Both the position numbers and the translations under genes were made by a program. A stretch of 64,000 bases of DNA from Octopus sinensis (taxonomy: Eukaryota). Positions 13,835-27,620 of the stretch are shown one piece after another (positions within the stretch are counted from its first letter, which is position 1; each line of letters begins with the position of its first letter). The notes beneath the pieces are model-generated. The model was not told the DNA's origin, searched no databases, and saw only the letters and a list, made by a program, of their open reading frames with translations. The DNA is taken from the NCBI RefSeq assembly GCF_006345805.1, contig NC_042997.1, positions 140,988,001-141,052,000 of the forward strand, written 5' to 3'.

Positions 13835-14089
13835 AGCTTCACTAGTTGACTTTAAAGACTAGATTTACTCCCAATATTATTGGAAATATCTCATTTGATG
13901 ACATCACCTACAATTATTGACGTAATGAGCATGTTGGGTTTGTTTGATTATTTCTTCATTTGAGCAGAAAGCTTTGAAGATTTACAGAATTTTAATGTTT
14001 AATGAATGACATTGTGGCATTCATTATCCAGAGGTGTTAATTGTAATAGCAACACACTTGCATACGAAGACGCACATATACATTCATGC

Positions 14090-14244
<155 letters not shown>

Positions 14245-14461
14245 TACACATATATGCATACACATATATGAGCGAGTGTGTGTGTGTGTGTATCTAGGCA
14301 TAGATACAGATACAGATACATACATACATAAATATGTACATACATGTGTATATGTGGAGGTACATACATATATGTGTGTGTGTGGCTGTGTGTGCTTGTA
14401 CACATATACTTACAGGTATATGCAAATGCATACATATACATGTTTTATGTTTATTCATTTT

Positions 14462-14508
<47 letters not shown>

Positions 14509-14618
14509 CATACATACATACATATATATATGTATACATATATATATCTACAAATATAAATATACACATGCATGTACGTGCATGTAAACATATACATGTA
14601 TAATATATGAGTGTGTAC

Positions 14619-14655
<37 letters not shown>

Positions 14656-15480
14656 TGTAATAGTAACATTTATAACGCATATATGTACGTGTATACATAT
14701 ATACGCAGAAATATACAAACACATCATACAAGGATGTGTGTGTCACATTTCATGCGTCCAATAAGCTATTTAACGATATATTCAACGATATATCGATGCC
14801 ACACTAGGCCCGGTCAAGCATTATACTTTCAATAATGCTAGTGGCGCATAAATATCATTTTACTTCTCGACAAGATTCCGATTCACCGAGATTAGCTACA
14901 GGATAATACTGAACGATAATATAAACAAAGACACCGAGGACGCAAACACCACTTTCTACTCTTCACACGTGCGTTGGGTTAGTAAAGATGAAAGTTCATC
15001 GCAAGAAATCGTGTGTAATTGTTATTTACCGATAAGTTTCTTGTAAATCGTATGATTTCTGCTTCAGGCATATGAATAAATATATATTTTTAGAGTGTGG
15101 TAGGAATTCGTTTGATCATCATTTCTATTTTACTGTTGTATTTTTGTATTATCTTGTATTATTTAGTATATACGGAATGCTGATTCCAGCAGGAAATAGT
15201 ATGGTAATTGTAAAGGGGTAACTACTTCCAGCTTTAGGTAACATGCACATATACATACATACATACATACATACATACATACATACATACATACATACAT
15301 ACATACAATACATACATACAAACAAAAATATCTAGTTGTTGATGTTGAAATTCCAATGAAGGAGCCTTGGATCTAGGTTAGAAAACGGTTCTTTTTCTAT
15401 TCGCAAGAAATCTTGAAATAAACTGAATAATAATATACATACATACGTATGTATGTATTGATATATCACGCATATAAACA

Positions 15481-15539
<59 letters not shown>

Positions 15540-15681
15540 TTACGTACATTTATACTTATATACTTACATATACATACATTTATGTATGCATTTCATGCAT
15601 ACATACATACTTACATACGTACATACACATACTCACACGCACATATATATATGAGTGTGTGTGTGAAAGCACGTGGTTGGA

Positions 15682-16090
15682 TATAAAGAGAATAGTAAAA
15701 AGTGAAAAAACTACAGAAGGCTTGTTTTACAAGGTTAAAGAATATATTTGAGTCATTATGTTGGAAGAATGTTATAAAATGTTTTCATACAGTAACATAG
15801 TTTTTGAAGAAATTACCGGTTTCGTGTTAACTTTTAAAATTTCTCGAGTGTCTTTACCTACATCGTGTTATGTCTTCGTTATGAAGACATAACGAAGACA
15901 TAACACGATGTAGGTAAAGACACTCGAGAAATTTTAAAAGTTAACACGAAACCGGTAATTTCTTCAAAAACTATGTTACTGTATGAAAACATTTTATAAC
16001 ATTCTTCGAACATAATGACTCAAATATATTCTTTAACCTTATAAAACAAGCCTTCTGTAGTTTTTTTCACTTTTTACTATTCTCTTTATA
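15682..16090. repeat. Long palindrome (~200-bp arms, 4-nt spacer at 15884-15887); PLE terminal-repeat type
   Basis: About 3 differences between arms; each arm has the half hammerhead ACAC-GAA-ACCGGT-A; the right end runs into (TA)n. Confidence 0.92.
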
Positions 16091-16110
16091 TATATATATA
16101 TATATATATG

Positions 16111-16395
16111 AAAAGGAAATGAAGAAAATGCTGACAAAATAATTTAAGTAAGGGAGAGTGTATTTAATTAGGTGAAAGTTCTTTTTACCGGTTGCGCATT
16201 TGTTATGCTTATCAAAAGATATTTTGAGTGAGATAGAGTTCCTTTCTGATTGATTTTCAGAAAGGAACTCTATCTCACTCAAAATATCTTTTGATAAGCA
16301 TAGCAAATGCGCAACCGGTAAAAAGAACTTTCACCTAATTAAATACACTCTCCCTTACTTAAATTATTTTGTCAGCATTTTCTTCATTTCCTTTT
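16111..16395. repeat. Long palindrome (~139-bp arms, 7-nt spacer at 16250-16256)
   Basis: One mismatch seen between arms; a single-arm copy lies at 49630-49775. Confidence 0.92.
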
Positions 16396-16455
16396 TTTAT
16401 ATATCACAACTCGTGTTCCACATCTCTTTTTTTAAATATATATTCTTTCTTTAAA

Positions 16456-16734
16456 TTAAGACATAAAGCAGACAGGACTTATCTAGCCACGAAGATTTGG
16501 GAGCTCAAGGACGACAATATTAAATTTGATTTGGGTTGGGACATCATTAGGGTCGCTAAACTGTACTTAAACAGCAGATACAGGTGCAGATTTTGCTGCA
16601 TGGAGCTGTTTGAAATTTTAAAGAGATCAAATAATGAAAATCTAATAAATAATAAACTAGACCTTCGTCTTTCCTGCATACATAAGGCTACCTGTAATTT
16701 TAAATATTTTAAGGACATTAAGCAATCTCTATAA
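16456..16734 (+). pseudogene. Penelope-like element GIY-YIG endonuclease, C-terminal fragment (Neptune-like)
   Basis: TYLATKIWELKDDNIKFDLGWDII..AKLY..RCRFCCMELFEIL..NLINNKLDL..CIHK fits the PLE T.LS..IW.LK..W.I..C.LC..E..LN...E...C.H signature. Confidence 0.8.
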
Positions 16735-17515
16735 TAGCTCCCAACTTAGGGTCAACCAAATTTACTCACTCTATTGTTGACCCAAAAGTCGATTGATCTG
16801 CTTAATTGTTTCCAATCCGTCTAGTCTCGTTCTTCTTTAACATTACTTCCTAACTGCTCTTACTATACTTGCATAGTATGCTATATTGAAGGAACTAACG
16901 ATTCTATCTGTAGTGTACACAGTATTACCCAATAGTGATAGCAAAGGTACACACACATGCACACATATATACATACACACATATATACACACACACGATA
17001 ATTTTCTTTCAGTTTCCATCTACAAAGTCCAATCACAAGTCTTTGGTCGGTCCAGGGCTATAGTAGAAGATACCGAAAGTGCGACGCAGTGGGACTAGAG
17101 CGGAAAACATGCGCGCGTGTGTGTGCGTGTATACATACCACAGTGCTCGTCCTCACCCAGGTTTACGAAACGCATCAGAAGTCACATTGAACCAAGTTTG
17201 AACAGTCAAATTGAACCAAGTTTGAATTTGTGATGGTAAGTTAATTGTTTAATTTCGTAGTATGTTCGTTATATATATATGACTTCAAAGATATTGCATC
17301 AATACTATATAATTCTAATTCCTGTATTTATAGTCTTTGGCGTCATTCGTGTCCCGTGTTAAAATGGGAGTGATACACCATACTATAAATGCCTATGATA
17401 GGTAAAAGCTTATTATTATTTTTGGAGATCTCTATCTCCTTATAAAAGTTGCTGTTATTTAGATCTAAATCTAGGCTGTTTCGACTGTGAGAATTTAGTC
17501 TTTTTTCTTATATAT

Positions 17516-17633
17516 AGGGTGGGGCAAAATGATCTGACACATTTGTAGGTTTAATAACATGCTTTTCATTCTTTTCTCTATTTTGCTTTTTGTTAAACTT
17601 ACAAATGTGTCAGTTCATTTTGCCCCACCCTGT
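17516..17633. mobile_element. Tiny Tc1/mariner-type MITE
   Basis: ~45-bp imperfect TIRs agggtggggcaaaatga..tgacacatttgta / tacaaatgtgtca..tcattttgccccaccct, with TA flanks. Confidence 0.8.
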
Positions 17634-20558
17634 ATATTAAAGTTTACATATCCAGTATAACCTTTTTTTTTTATTAAAGCGAGTGGTGTCTGATTTGAGG
17701 GAGACCTGTCTGCTATTTCTAGCAGGTTAGGAAACCACGCAGAAGGTCCTTGGTCGATTCAGATTTCCTCGTTCTTTAAGATGGCTTCTTGGCTGTCACT
17801 TAGTATGAACTCCGCCGAGATTTAAGTGAATATATCACACACACCTGTGTTTGTTTAAATCAAATAAGTTGAAAGCTAGTGTGCTCCATAGATTTCTACT
17901 TAATGTAATGATAATGATATAAATGAAGTGAATTATTTGCAACTGCAAATTTAGGAAGCATATTAATCTACTCTAGTCTGTATCTTCGTTCGTGTTTAAA
18001 TATGCTAACGATTTCTTTCTACTGATTAACTTATTCTCTCTAAATATATAATATTTGTACAGTGAAATGCAATTTACTTAAACTTTATCTTCCAATTTAC
18101 TTTTTTAATATTTCATATAGCTAAAATTTCTGGTGAACGTTGTTGTCTAACGTAAACAGATCAACGACTTTTGAGAAAACGCTTTTGTAGTTAACCTGTT
18201 TCAGTCAAACTAATATGCATTTCGCCTTAAATGTACGACTAAAGTGTTTGCATCCACCTTTATTGTCGAATAAAACTTATCAATTGCTTTTGATGCCGTA
18301 CTTTCTTCTGATCATCAAACGTAATCCTTATTCATTTAACTTTCCTCTTACATTTATTCTCAATTATAAACTATTGTCCATACAGATAACTATTTAATTT
18401 CATTCATCATCTACAATCTCCAATAAACTGATGCAACAGGAGTGGGCCGAAAGATTTTCATATCTCCAGTACTTAAATATGTTTCTCTCCATTTGAGATT
18501 ACTATTATCGACCATAGCCGAGTTGCCTTCTCTCTAAAGACTTCAAGTTTAAGTGCCTTTGTTTCCTTCGAGAATGAATCTGTCATTTCTAATCCATAGT
18601 TTTTAAAGAGAGTGGACAGCTGCAATGTCTCACACATATGACATGCATGTCATATATATTTTTCCTTTATAAATAGTAGAGGTTTTATAATCCTAAAAGC
18701 CGGAACAAATTTGTTAGAACAAAACTGCTTTTTTCCATTGAAAAATGTAAATTGTCCTCCATCATTTAACGAAAAAAATGGCATGGCTGAAAAGAAAACT
18801 GCCATAAAATCCTTTCTAAATGCATGAAAATGGATACTTTTAGATGTAGTACAGATTATGAAGTTGAGTAATGGTTGCTTTCTACATGATGTATGTGTAG
18901 AGTTAACACACACCTTACATTGTATCTGCAAATGTTCAGGCTGAAATAGCTTTTAACTCTGAGAAAAACAATTCACATTTTTAAACGCTATCTTGGCGTG
19001 ATTGTCAATGAGAGAGTGTGAAATAAAATATGGTTTATATTTCATATGGATTATGATGGTTAAGTAAGCGTTTGCAATTAATCTAACTTTTAATGAATTA
19101 TTTCTAATTTTGACCCAAGGCTGGTGATTCTGAGAGGAGGGAGCAAGTCGATTATTACATCAATGCTTGGCTGGTACTTTATTTTATCGACTCTTAAGGA
19201 TGAAAAGCAAAGTTGACCTCGACAGGATTTGAACTTGGAACATAGAAAGTGGGGAGAAATGCCACTGAATATTTTGTCCAGAATCTCTTTTAATTTATAA
19301 ATATTCCTGACAGTATGGCGATGTTCTTGGATTTTCTTAAAAGCATTACCAGTTAAGTACAAAGAAAACTGTTGCATCTGGGAACAGATATCGTGTTTGT
19401 GTTGTGGCGTGTACGAACAGGCAACAATAAAGTTGACCAGATCTCACCTAATTAGTTACAAATAATACAGACCAATTTATTGTGTGATAAATAATCGGTT
19501 TTTCAAATATTGATTTTCCATTATGACAAATTATCAATAATCTCGATAATTCAGTGATATTACAAGAACGAAAAATCCATTAACCCATACTAATTATTAG
19601 GGTCGTTAACGCGTCGGACAAACTGGCAGGGTTGTTAGCGCGTCGGTCAAACTGCTGGCGTCATTTCTTCCGGTTCTTTACGTTCTGGGTTCAAATTGCA
19701 CCAAGGTCAACTTCGGGCTCCATAAATTAAAATAACATTCACGTATGCGACCGACGCTACCAACATTCCACCCTACCCTTCACAAAAATTGCTTTGGACT
19801 CTGCGAGGAAATACTCTGATCTCGGTCACTTATTCGCCATGGAAACCAAGGATCAAGAAAATAAATAAATAGATAAAATTTGTAAAAAAATATCTATAAA
19901 AACAAGTCATTTATTGGAACAGAATTCGGAGATTTCAGATTCATACGGCTTCATTTTTCTGTTAGCAATTTCGCTTACATAAGCAAATACTAGGTCACAG
20001 AAGCTGGCCATCTCTTATTGTTTTGGTTCTCTTTTAAGTATTTGTTGTTTTAAGCTTTATAGTTTGTTGGTATTGACGTGAAATCATTATCGGCAATGTT
20101 AATGTTGTTTACGGCGTCGTTTGATGTTGTAGTTATTGTTGTTATTACAATATCACCGTTAGTGTTGTCGCTGTCATCATAGACTTAGAGAGAAATATTG
20201 AGGTATATAGTAGTAAAAACCTCATGAATATTGATCAACTATAAACTTATTTGTATTCATTACTATCACAGCTATCATATGGCGACCTTGGATTAAGTAA
20301 TAACATGTTCGATTTAGCTATCGTATCAAAGCAGTATAGGTTAATAATTGATCGTACAGTAAATAATGTGACAAAAACATGATCTCTTTGTTAAGGAACT
20401 GTAGGCAGTTATAAAAAAATAGGCCACTGACTACTACTTGTAAAAACTACAGGTCATCACAATTTTAGTCATTACTGAAACTAATAGCAATTTCACAATA
20501 ATCGGTTATGTTCTTAGATTATTATCATCATCATCATATCATCATCATCATCATCATT

Positions 20559-20589
<31 letters not shown>

Positions 20590-20622
20590 TTATTATTATT
20601 ATTATAATTATTATTATCATCA

Positions 20623-21062
20623 TTGAGAGAGCAGTGTATGTCATCAAAGTGACACTTGAGTAAAATGTACGAAGCCCAGTATACCCATCATGACTACCCG
20701 CCTGATAATGGTTCCTGAAGCACATGCATCACAATCACATGAGCGTGACATGGTGATCTCATATCAAGATAAACAGTGCATAACCTTGCAGGTGAGGCTC
20801 AGAATTTTCTTCAGGTCAAGTAGCCTATCCCGTTCGAAACGTCCTTGAATAAGGTTTGTTTGAGGATGATGAACGAAACATCAATGTATCCAGAAGTGTA
20901 TTATTTAAATCTCAAAGAATTCCTCTCAACACATGGCTATGATGTCCCCCACTACTTCTGCTCGTCATCAGAGTTGTACATATCGTCAGTCACTACGGGA
21001 CATGCTCAACTGGTTATGGTCAAACAACTGTCAAGCAAATCTGTGGTATTGAGCAGAATATT
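20623..21062. mobile_element. (ATT)n-associated repeat, copy 3, truncated at a LINE fragment
   Basis: Homologous to 2181-2730; ends where the Tx1-like sequence begins. Confidence 0.85.
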
Positions 21063-21880
21063 AGACGCACGCTGGGATAGTGTAGGTGTAGCTGATAGAA
21101 GCGGGGGGAGGGCATGCAAAAGCCTCAAACACCTGATCAGCCAGTTCCAACTGTTTGACGGATACTAACGAGATTTCTCTAATGCACCAAGGAGGACCTG
21201 GGCCAAACGCATAGGGTCATCTAGATCGTATATAGATAGGATTTTCACTTGGAAAATAAACAGTAATAGTGTAAGATATCTAGTTTTTAAAACGGCGGCC
21301 TATTTAGATCACAAGTTTGCAATCTGCACGGTCTACCTAGATAAGAGGCGTAGGTTAGGACCCGAGTACTTGAAGTTTAACATGTCATTTCCGGCACGTA
21401 AGACGTATAGGGTCAAGCTGTTCGTGGCGGAGGCGCAGCGCGGTAACAAAACTACAATTCTGTCTTTGACGAGCCAAGACGGACACGAGCTGAACGATTC
21501 CAGGCAGATGTGTGAGGCTTTCCGCTAGCAGTTTGCTTAGTTGTTCGGTGGGAGTAGCGGGTCAGAGACAGTAGCGGATATCTGTCCCTATCTCGATCTC
21601 CTCGAAGCGCTCTACTGCAACTGGCAACAGAACTGTGAGCCGGGGCGTAGTGACGCTGATAAGGTAAGACGAAAACAGGAGGGACACTTTGGATTCAGGC
21701 CCATAACTCTGCTCAACATGGAATTTAAGATTTTGGCCAAACTGTTAGCGAAGAAGTTGGCGGTATATGCTCGGTGGCCAAAGTTAATGGCCACCTCCCG
21801 GAACCGTTTCAGATCTCCCGATCGATCCGTCAAAGGTTCCATCTCTCCTCCCTTCTGTACGTATTGACTCTTGAGCTTTT
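21063..21880 (+). pseudogene. Tx1/L1-clade LINE fragment
   Basis: FRPITLLNMEFKILAKLLAKKL and VNGHLPEPFQISRSIRQRFHLSSLLYVL (decayed RGVRQGCPLSPLLY); deletions and frameshifts. Confidence 0.8.
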
Positions 21881-22524
21881 ACAACAACAACAGCAACAAC
21901 AACAACAACAACAACAAAAGAGAATAGTAGTAGCAACAGAGACAACGACGCTAGCACACAGAAAAATACGTTAGTCGGAAAATATAATAGATGCATCAGC
22001 AGTGTTAAAGGAGGCAATTGTGAAGTTGTTACACAGGTGGAAGTTTTTAGATTTGACTAAATCTTCAGGACAGATGATTCAGTTAAAATACAAGCCTACA
22101 TAATTCTGTCGTTTTGTCTGCAGAATTAGTAATAATTCTATCAAAATAATTTCTCTGACAAATCATAATTTAATAATTTAATAATACCCAGTCTTGTTTA
22201 ATGAGTATGGTTTAAGGCATGGCAAATGTTTTGTATATGCTTGAGTTTGTTAAAAGATTTTTCTGTTCAAACTACTGCACTGTGTATAATATTCTCATTT
22301 GGTTAAGTTTATTAAATTTAATAGTTCCAATTATGATTCTCTAAAATTTACTGTATGTGCTGTTATATTTTCTTCATCGTCGAAGTCGGTGCGATATTAC
22401 TATGCTAACACTTTCGCATTTTCCTACTTCACTTTCGGATATCATGAAATATTCTGACAAGAAATTAAAATGTTTAAACAGCTACTTAATCTTGAAACAC
22501 ACTGCAGTAATCCTGCAGTAATAT

Positions 22525-22730
22525 TGGTTTCAAATTTTGGCAAAAGGATAGCCATTTTGGGGAAGGGTGAGTCAATTTCAACGACCGCAGTGCTCAACTG
22601 GTACTTATTTTATCGACTCGGAATGGATAAAAGGCAAAGTCGACCTCGGTGGAGTTTGAACTCAGAACCTGAAGACCGGACGAAATACCGCTAAACATTT
22701 TTCTTGGCATGCTAACGATTCCGACATTCA
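22525..22730 (-). mobile_element. tRNA-derived SINE
   Basis: Reverse complement of the family at 22766-22950. Confidence 0.75.
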
Positions 22731-22765
22731 TCACCTTAAATATTGCACTAATATTATCAGTGTAA

Positions 22766-22950
22766 GGGGGCGAGCTGGCAGAAACGTTAGCACGCCAGGC
22801 TTACGTTCTGAGTTCAAATTCCACCGAGGTCGACTTTGCCTTTCATCCTTTCGAGGTCGATAAATTAAGTACCAGTTGCATACTGGGTTCGATCTAATCG
22901 ACTGGCCCCCTCGCCCAAAATTTCGGGCCTTGTGCCTAGAGTAGAAAAGA
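22766..22950 (+). mobile_element. tRNA-derived SINE
   Basis: Head gcgagctggcagaaacgttagcacgcc, B-box-like gttcaaattcc, core gtcgactttgcctttcatcc. Confidence 0.8.
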
Positions 22951-23283
22951 ATAATATTATCAGTCGAAACATAAAACATAAATTCTCGGAAGTAATTCAT
23001 CAGAAGTAAATCATCTACAGGAGAATTTGACTTACTTCTCAAGATCTGACGACACACCTCTTTAGTTTCAGTCCAGATGCTTTTCCAGTTGTTTAATAAC
23101 ATTTGCACCAAAGTTACATATTTCTTTTTCTTAGATCCACTTTTCTTATCAATTCTCTGATCAACTTACTTTATAGCTTCAATAAAATTTTCAAGACAAT
23201 GTTGTTTGATCCTTCTGTTTTTCCTATGCTTTTCGAGTACTATTGAACATTTTTATATTAAATATACATATCTCTAAATTATG

Positions 23284-23602
23284 AAGGCGCAATATAGAGA
23301 CATGTATAGAAGTTAGGGCAGCGGACTCGCAGTTGTAGGATCGCAGTTTCGATTCCCAGTCCGGGCGTTGTGAGTGTTTATTGAGCGAAAACACCTTAAG
23401 CTCCACGACGCTCCGACAGGGATAGGTGGTGATCCCTGCTGTACTCTTTCAGCACAACTTTCTCTCACTCTTCCTTCTGTTGACCTGCTCACTTAGCGAA
23501 CGGGGTGGTGTCATTTGAAGGCTAAAACAATGCGAAGCGCTGTGTGATCAGCGATGTGTAGCAACATCTGATAGCCTGGTCGGTCACTGTGATCACAGTG
23601 AT
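23284..23602 (+). mobile_element. tRNA-derived SINE (second family)
   Basis: tRNA-like head; 5' half homologous to 63382-63560. Confidence 0.75.
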
Positions 23603-24089
23603 ATCTCTATATTAATAGTTTCAGAATTAATAACCAGCATCCAAGCGTTTGATATGCCGAACGCATAGTTATGAAACACATAAAAGTATATAAAAAAACG
23701 ATAACTGTTTTTGCACAAATACCTGTCTATTAATGTTCAATGAATTCTAGTTTTGTTAGGTAAAAAACGTTATCTTCTAAGTAAATTGTTATAAATCCAA
23801 CTGGTTAGTAATGACTATTCAGAAGATTACATAGTTTTTCGACTAGTGCATCGAAACTTTCGATTTATGAACACACTCTTCATTTGTAAACGAATATCTT
23901 TCTCCACCAAATCTCCTTTTCTTAGACAATATTTCTTGTAGAAATTCAAAAAATTATTTAATACTAAATGCACGAGTATTTTATTCGTTTCCATCTTATA
24001 ACAATGAAAGTATTTTCCTGGAAAATTTTGGATATTTTGAAATTTACGTTCTCCTACCATTAGAAAACTACGGCTCGGAAACGTAGGAT

Positions 24090-24690
24090 AAGGCTGAACA
24101 GTGGTGGGAAGTGATGAAATTGAAGAGTTAAGCGACTTCTATTTGGGACTGATAGTAAATATGTATCGAGATATGGACGCTGAACTCTCACATAGTGTAA
24201 GAGCAAAGTGGAAGGTAATTGTCTCGATTAAAATGTATTCAAAGTCCAGCTGGACAAAACACGGCTTGCCAATCTCTTCAATATCACTGTGCTACTCGCG
24301 TTCTCATACGTAAGTGTAATGTAGGCTACCACAAAAACAGAACTGGATGCGACACTGAGGACCATGAAATGGTCCATGGTAAGAATATATTATTTCGAGT
24401 GCATATTCAAAACTAAGTGATTCAAGAATGAAGTGAAGTGAACGATATTATTCCAAAATAACCTAAGTACAAGTTCTACTGTGTCGGACATGTGGCAAGG
24501 TTCGCAAAAAAACCCAAAAAACAGGCTGAGACGGGAAATTGTCAAGTATTATTTAAAGGATTGGAATAGATAATTTGGTACAACTGTAGACTAGTGGGGA
24601 AATGACAAAGTCAAACAATTCGGACCCAAACGGAAGAGAAAGGTGCATCGAAAGGGAAGAATGAAAGTTTATGATCAGTGATGAAAGGAG
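24090..24690 (+). pseudogene. RTE-like LINE 3' fragment, heavily decayed
   Basis: EIEELSDFYLG..DMDAELSHSVRAKWK resembles the post-RT F.YLG..EI..RI...W segment. Confidence 0.55.
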
Positions 24691-24964
24691 ACATCTAATT
24701 GTCTTGTCGATAAAAAAATAAGCTCCTTGTATAAGATCGAAAGTTGTATTGGAAATGTATCGATCATTCTACTTCGCGATGAAACGGAAATTAATAGTAT
24801 AATTAATAACCCTAAATTATAATTATCTTTAAGATGATTTGTATACAGATATTTCAGAAGTATCAATCTGAATCTGTGTATATGCGTGTGTGTCCACGCG
24901 TGGTTGTGTGTGCATGTCTGTGAGCGTGAATGCTATGAGGGTAAAAAAAAAAAATTTCTATAAT

Positions 24965-25180
24965 GTTATTCAATAAAGTCGCATTCTGCTTCAACAACTG
25001 CTTCTATATGAGATCTAAATCATCTACATGCTCGAATTAGGTGGTCCTGGCTCATTTTGGACATTTCTCTAACTATAGCAGCTTTCAAAGAATCTTTGGT
25101 GTTTTGCGCGTGTTCATTGACCTCTCTCTCAACAACGCTCCACATCTAATAGTCCAATGGATTGAGATCTGGGGAATTTT
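24965..25180 (-). pseudogene. Tc1/mariner transposase C-terminal fragment
   Basis: Minus strand SPDLNPLDY*MWSVVEREVN..NTKDSLKAAI..ACR*FRSHIEAVVEA. Confidence 0.8.
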
Positions 25181-26378
25181 AAAAACCGAGAACTTCTAAA
25201 TCGCTATGCTCAGCCTTTATAACCACAATAACAGCATGCCTCTTCATTTCTTGAGTAAGCTGAGGGTCTGCTATTATTATTTTCTGAAAAATGATTATAC
25301 AGAGTTAGCAAAAAATGCAACAATGACCCAAAAACCGTATGTCCTCAAATACCTTATGCACCTTGTACATATATGTGTGGGTTGGGTCTCTTACTAAGAT
25401 ATAATTCAGTCAGTTAGGGACGTATAATTGATTCAAAGTGTAATAGGACTGGCAGGGCTTAAAACGGACACAATGACCGAAATCGGACAAATCTGACCAA
25501 GCACAGCTGAGACGTAGTATCGCTAATCCCTTCACCGCATGATATAATCCGTTCGTTCCACAGGAAAAATAGTCTATTCCCAATAAAAATGGAAAGAAAC
25601 TACATAAAGGGTTAAACGTTAACATTTTCAAAGTAATCTTATAGAAAGCGCGCTGTTGGCTTCTTTCTTTTTATTTATTTGAAGTGGGGTGGGGGCATCA
25701 GATATTCCTGATATTCACTTCTTTGGTTTTGGGGACCTTGGTTTTTTTTATTATGCCGGAGGCTAAACAAATACAGAATTTATTTGGGTTAAACTAATCA
25801 TAGACCGGTGGATTATTGAAAAATATAGAATACTGAAAAAATAGGAAGAAGCATGTTTGACATAGGCAGATATTTCGATTTTTAACACAAGAAAAACAAC
25901 AAAGCTGAGCATAATTTAATTCACCAGCCCCTCGTTAACTGATATTGCATCAATAGGAGAGAGAACTTTTCCCAATTTCTTAAGAATTCAAATTTATCAT
26001 CCTTTATATAAAAGTTAATTTTTTAAACAAGTCAATAATTTTTTGGACAAAGGAGTAGGGATAGAGTGGAAGAGAGAAATGAATGTTCGTTAAATCAATG
26101 TATTACACTTAAATGAGTACACGCACACTTAAAAAAATAAGGCGTGAGCACTCATATATAGACGTATATGTATGTTTGTTTGTATGTATGTATGTATGTA
26201 TGTATGTATGTATGTATGTATGTATGTATGTATGTATGTATGTATGTATGTATGTATGTATGTATGTATGTATATATATATATATAATATATATATATAT
26301 ACATATATACACACATATATACACATATACATATACACATATATATATATATATATATATACATGCACACACACACAC

Positions 26379-26434
<56 letters not shown>

Positions 26435-27246
26435 CATGCACACACACACACAAATAAATGTTATACATCAATATAGTATTACAGTAAAACACACACAGTA
26501 AGAGAAGAGGCCAAAGAGGTGAGAAAGAGAAAGCAATGACAAATTGTTTCTCATTCATAAAGCATGTTTACCTAATATATTCGATTCGATCATTCGTCAA
26601 TAGGTTATTGAATAGACAATTGCTGCTGCCAATAATGTTAAACTGTGAGGCTATGAAATTGAAATTCGTCAGAAGAGAATCTAAAGCAGAGACCAGCAAT
26701 CGATTCTCTAAGCACTCTTAATATCTCGATCAGTGCTTTATACTGGAAGTTAATTAAACACATCCATTTGGAAGCATTGATTTGAAATAAATAACAAACC
26801 AAAGAAAAAAAAAATGAAAACTGAATAGATTCACGTCAATATTTGAAATTCAGTTCATTGTGGAAGAGAACACAACTGTGACATTTTATTGAACAGCAAA
26901 ACAAACTTATCGTATACCACACCAGTGACAATGGGATCAGAATTGACCATAGAACGGAAAAGTATTTGTTGTTTCTGTCATTCATACCAAGCGATCAGCT
27001 ACAATAGGCTTCCTTTCCGCACTAATTTTTATTTTCTATAAAATTATCTCTACTGAGTTACACAGAATAGCGAAAGCAGTTGTGTAGTTGTTAAGTTCAT
27101 CTCAAAAATATTGAGCCTGTCTGTAACATAATTTCTAGTTCTCGTTGTTGATACGTTGAATCACGTGTGCCACTAACAAGAAAAGAATAAACTCTTTCAA
27201 TTAGAAAAAAAAAAACTGTACGTCACAATTGCAATTTCCTGTCGTG

Positions 27247-27620
27247 TTATTACCTCCGCCTTCGCTAAGGCGGAGGTATTGTTTTCATTTCGTGCTTGTT
27301 TGTTTGTCCGTGGACAAGATATCTCAAGAGCCGCAGGATGGATTCGAATGAAACTTTCAGGGATGTTTGGTCTCGTGACTGGCATGAACTGATTAGATAT
27401 TGGGATCGATCCGGTGCCGGACAAGGATTCTGGATTATTTTTCCTGTTTTTTTTTTTACTTAATTTTTGAGAGGGGTCGGGTTCAGTTTTAGTATTCTCG
27501 TTTGTGAGAGCAGTCAAGTTTATTTCAGATATTCTCATTTTAAAAATCATCTCTGGCTTATCGTTGAGAGGATGTTGGTGTTGCCTTGGCGGAGGTTTGC
27601 ACTCTCCGAGTGCTCTTGTT
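27247..27620 (+). mobile_element. Non-autonomous Helentron (HINE/DINE-1-like)
   Basis: 5' TTATTACCTCCGCC sub-TIR with hairpin, then TTTG/GTCC simple repeat; 3' CCTTGGCGGAGGT followed by the GCACTC-TCC-GAGTGC stem-loop. Confidence 0.8.

Noticed and set aside
18650-18931. 93-aa non-repetitive ORF
   Set aside because: No recognisable motif; the length is compatible with chance.
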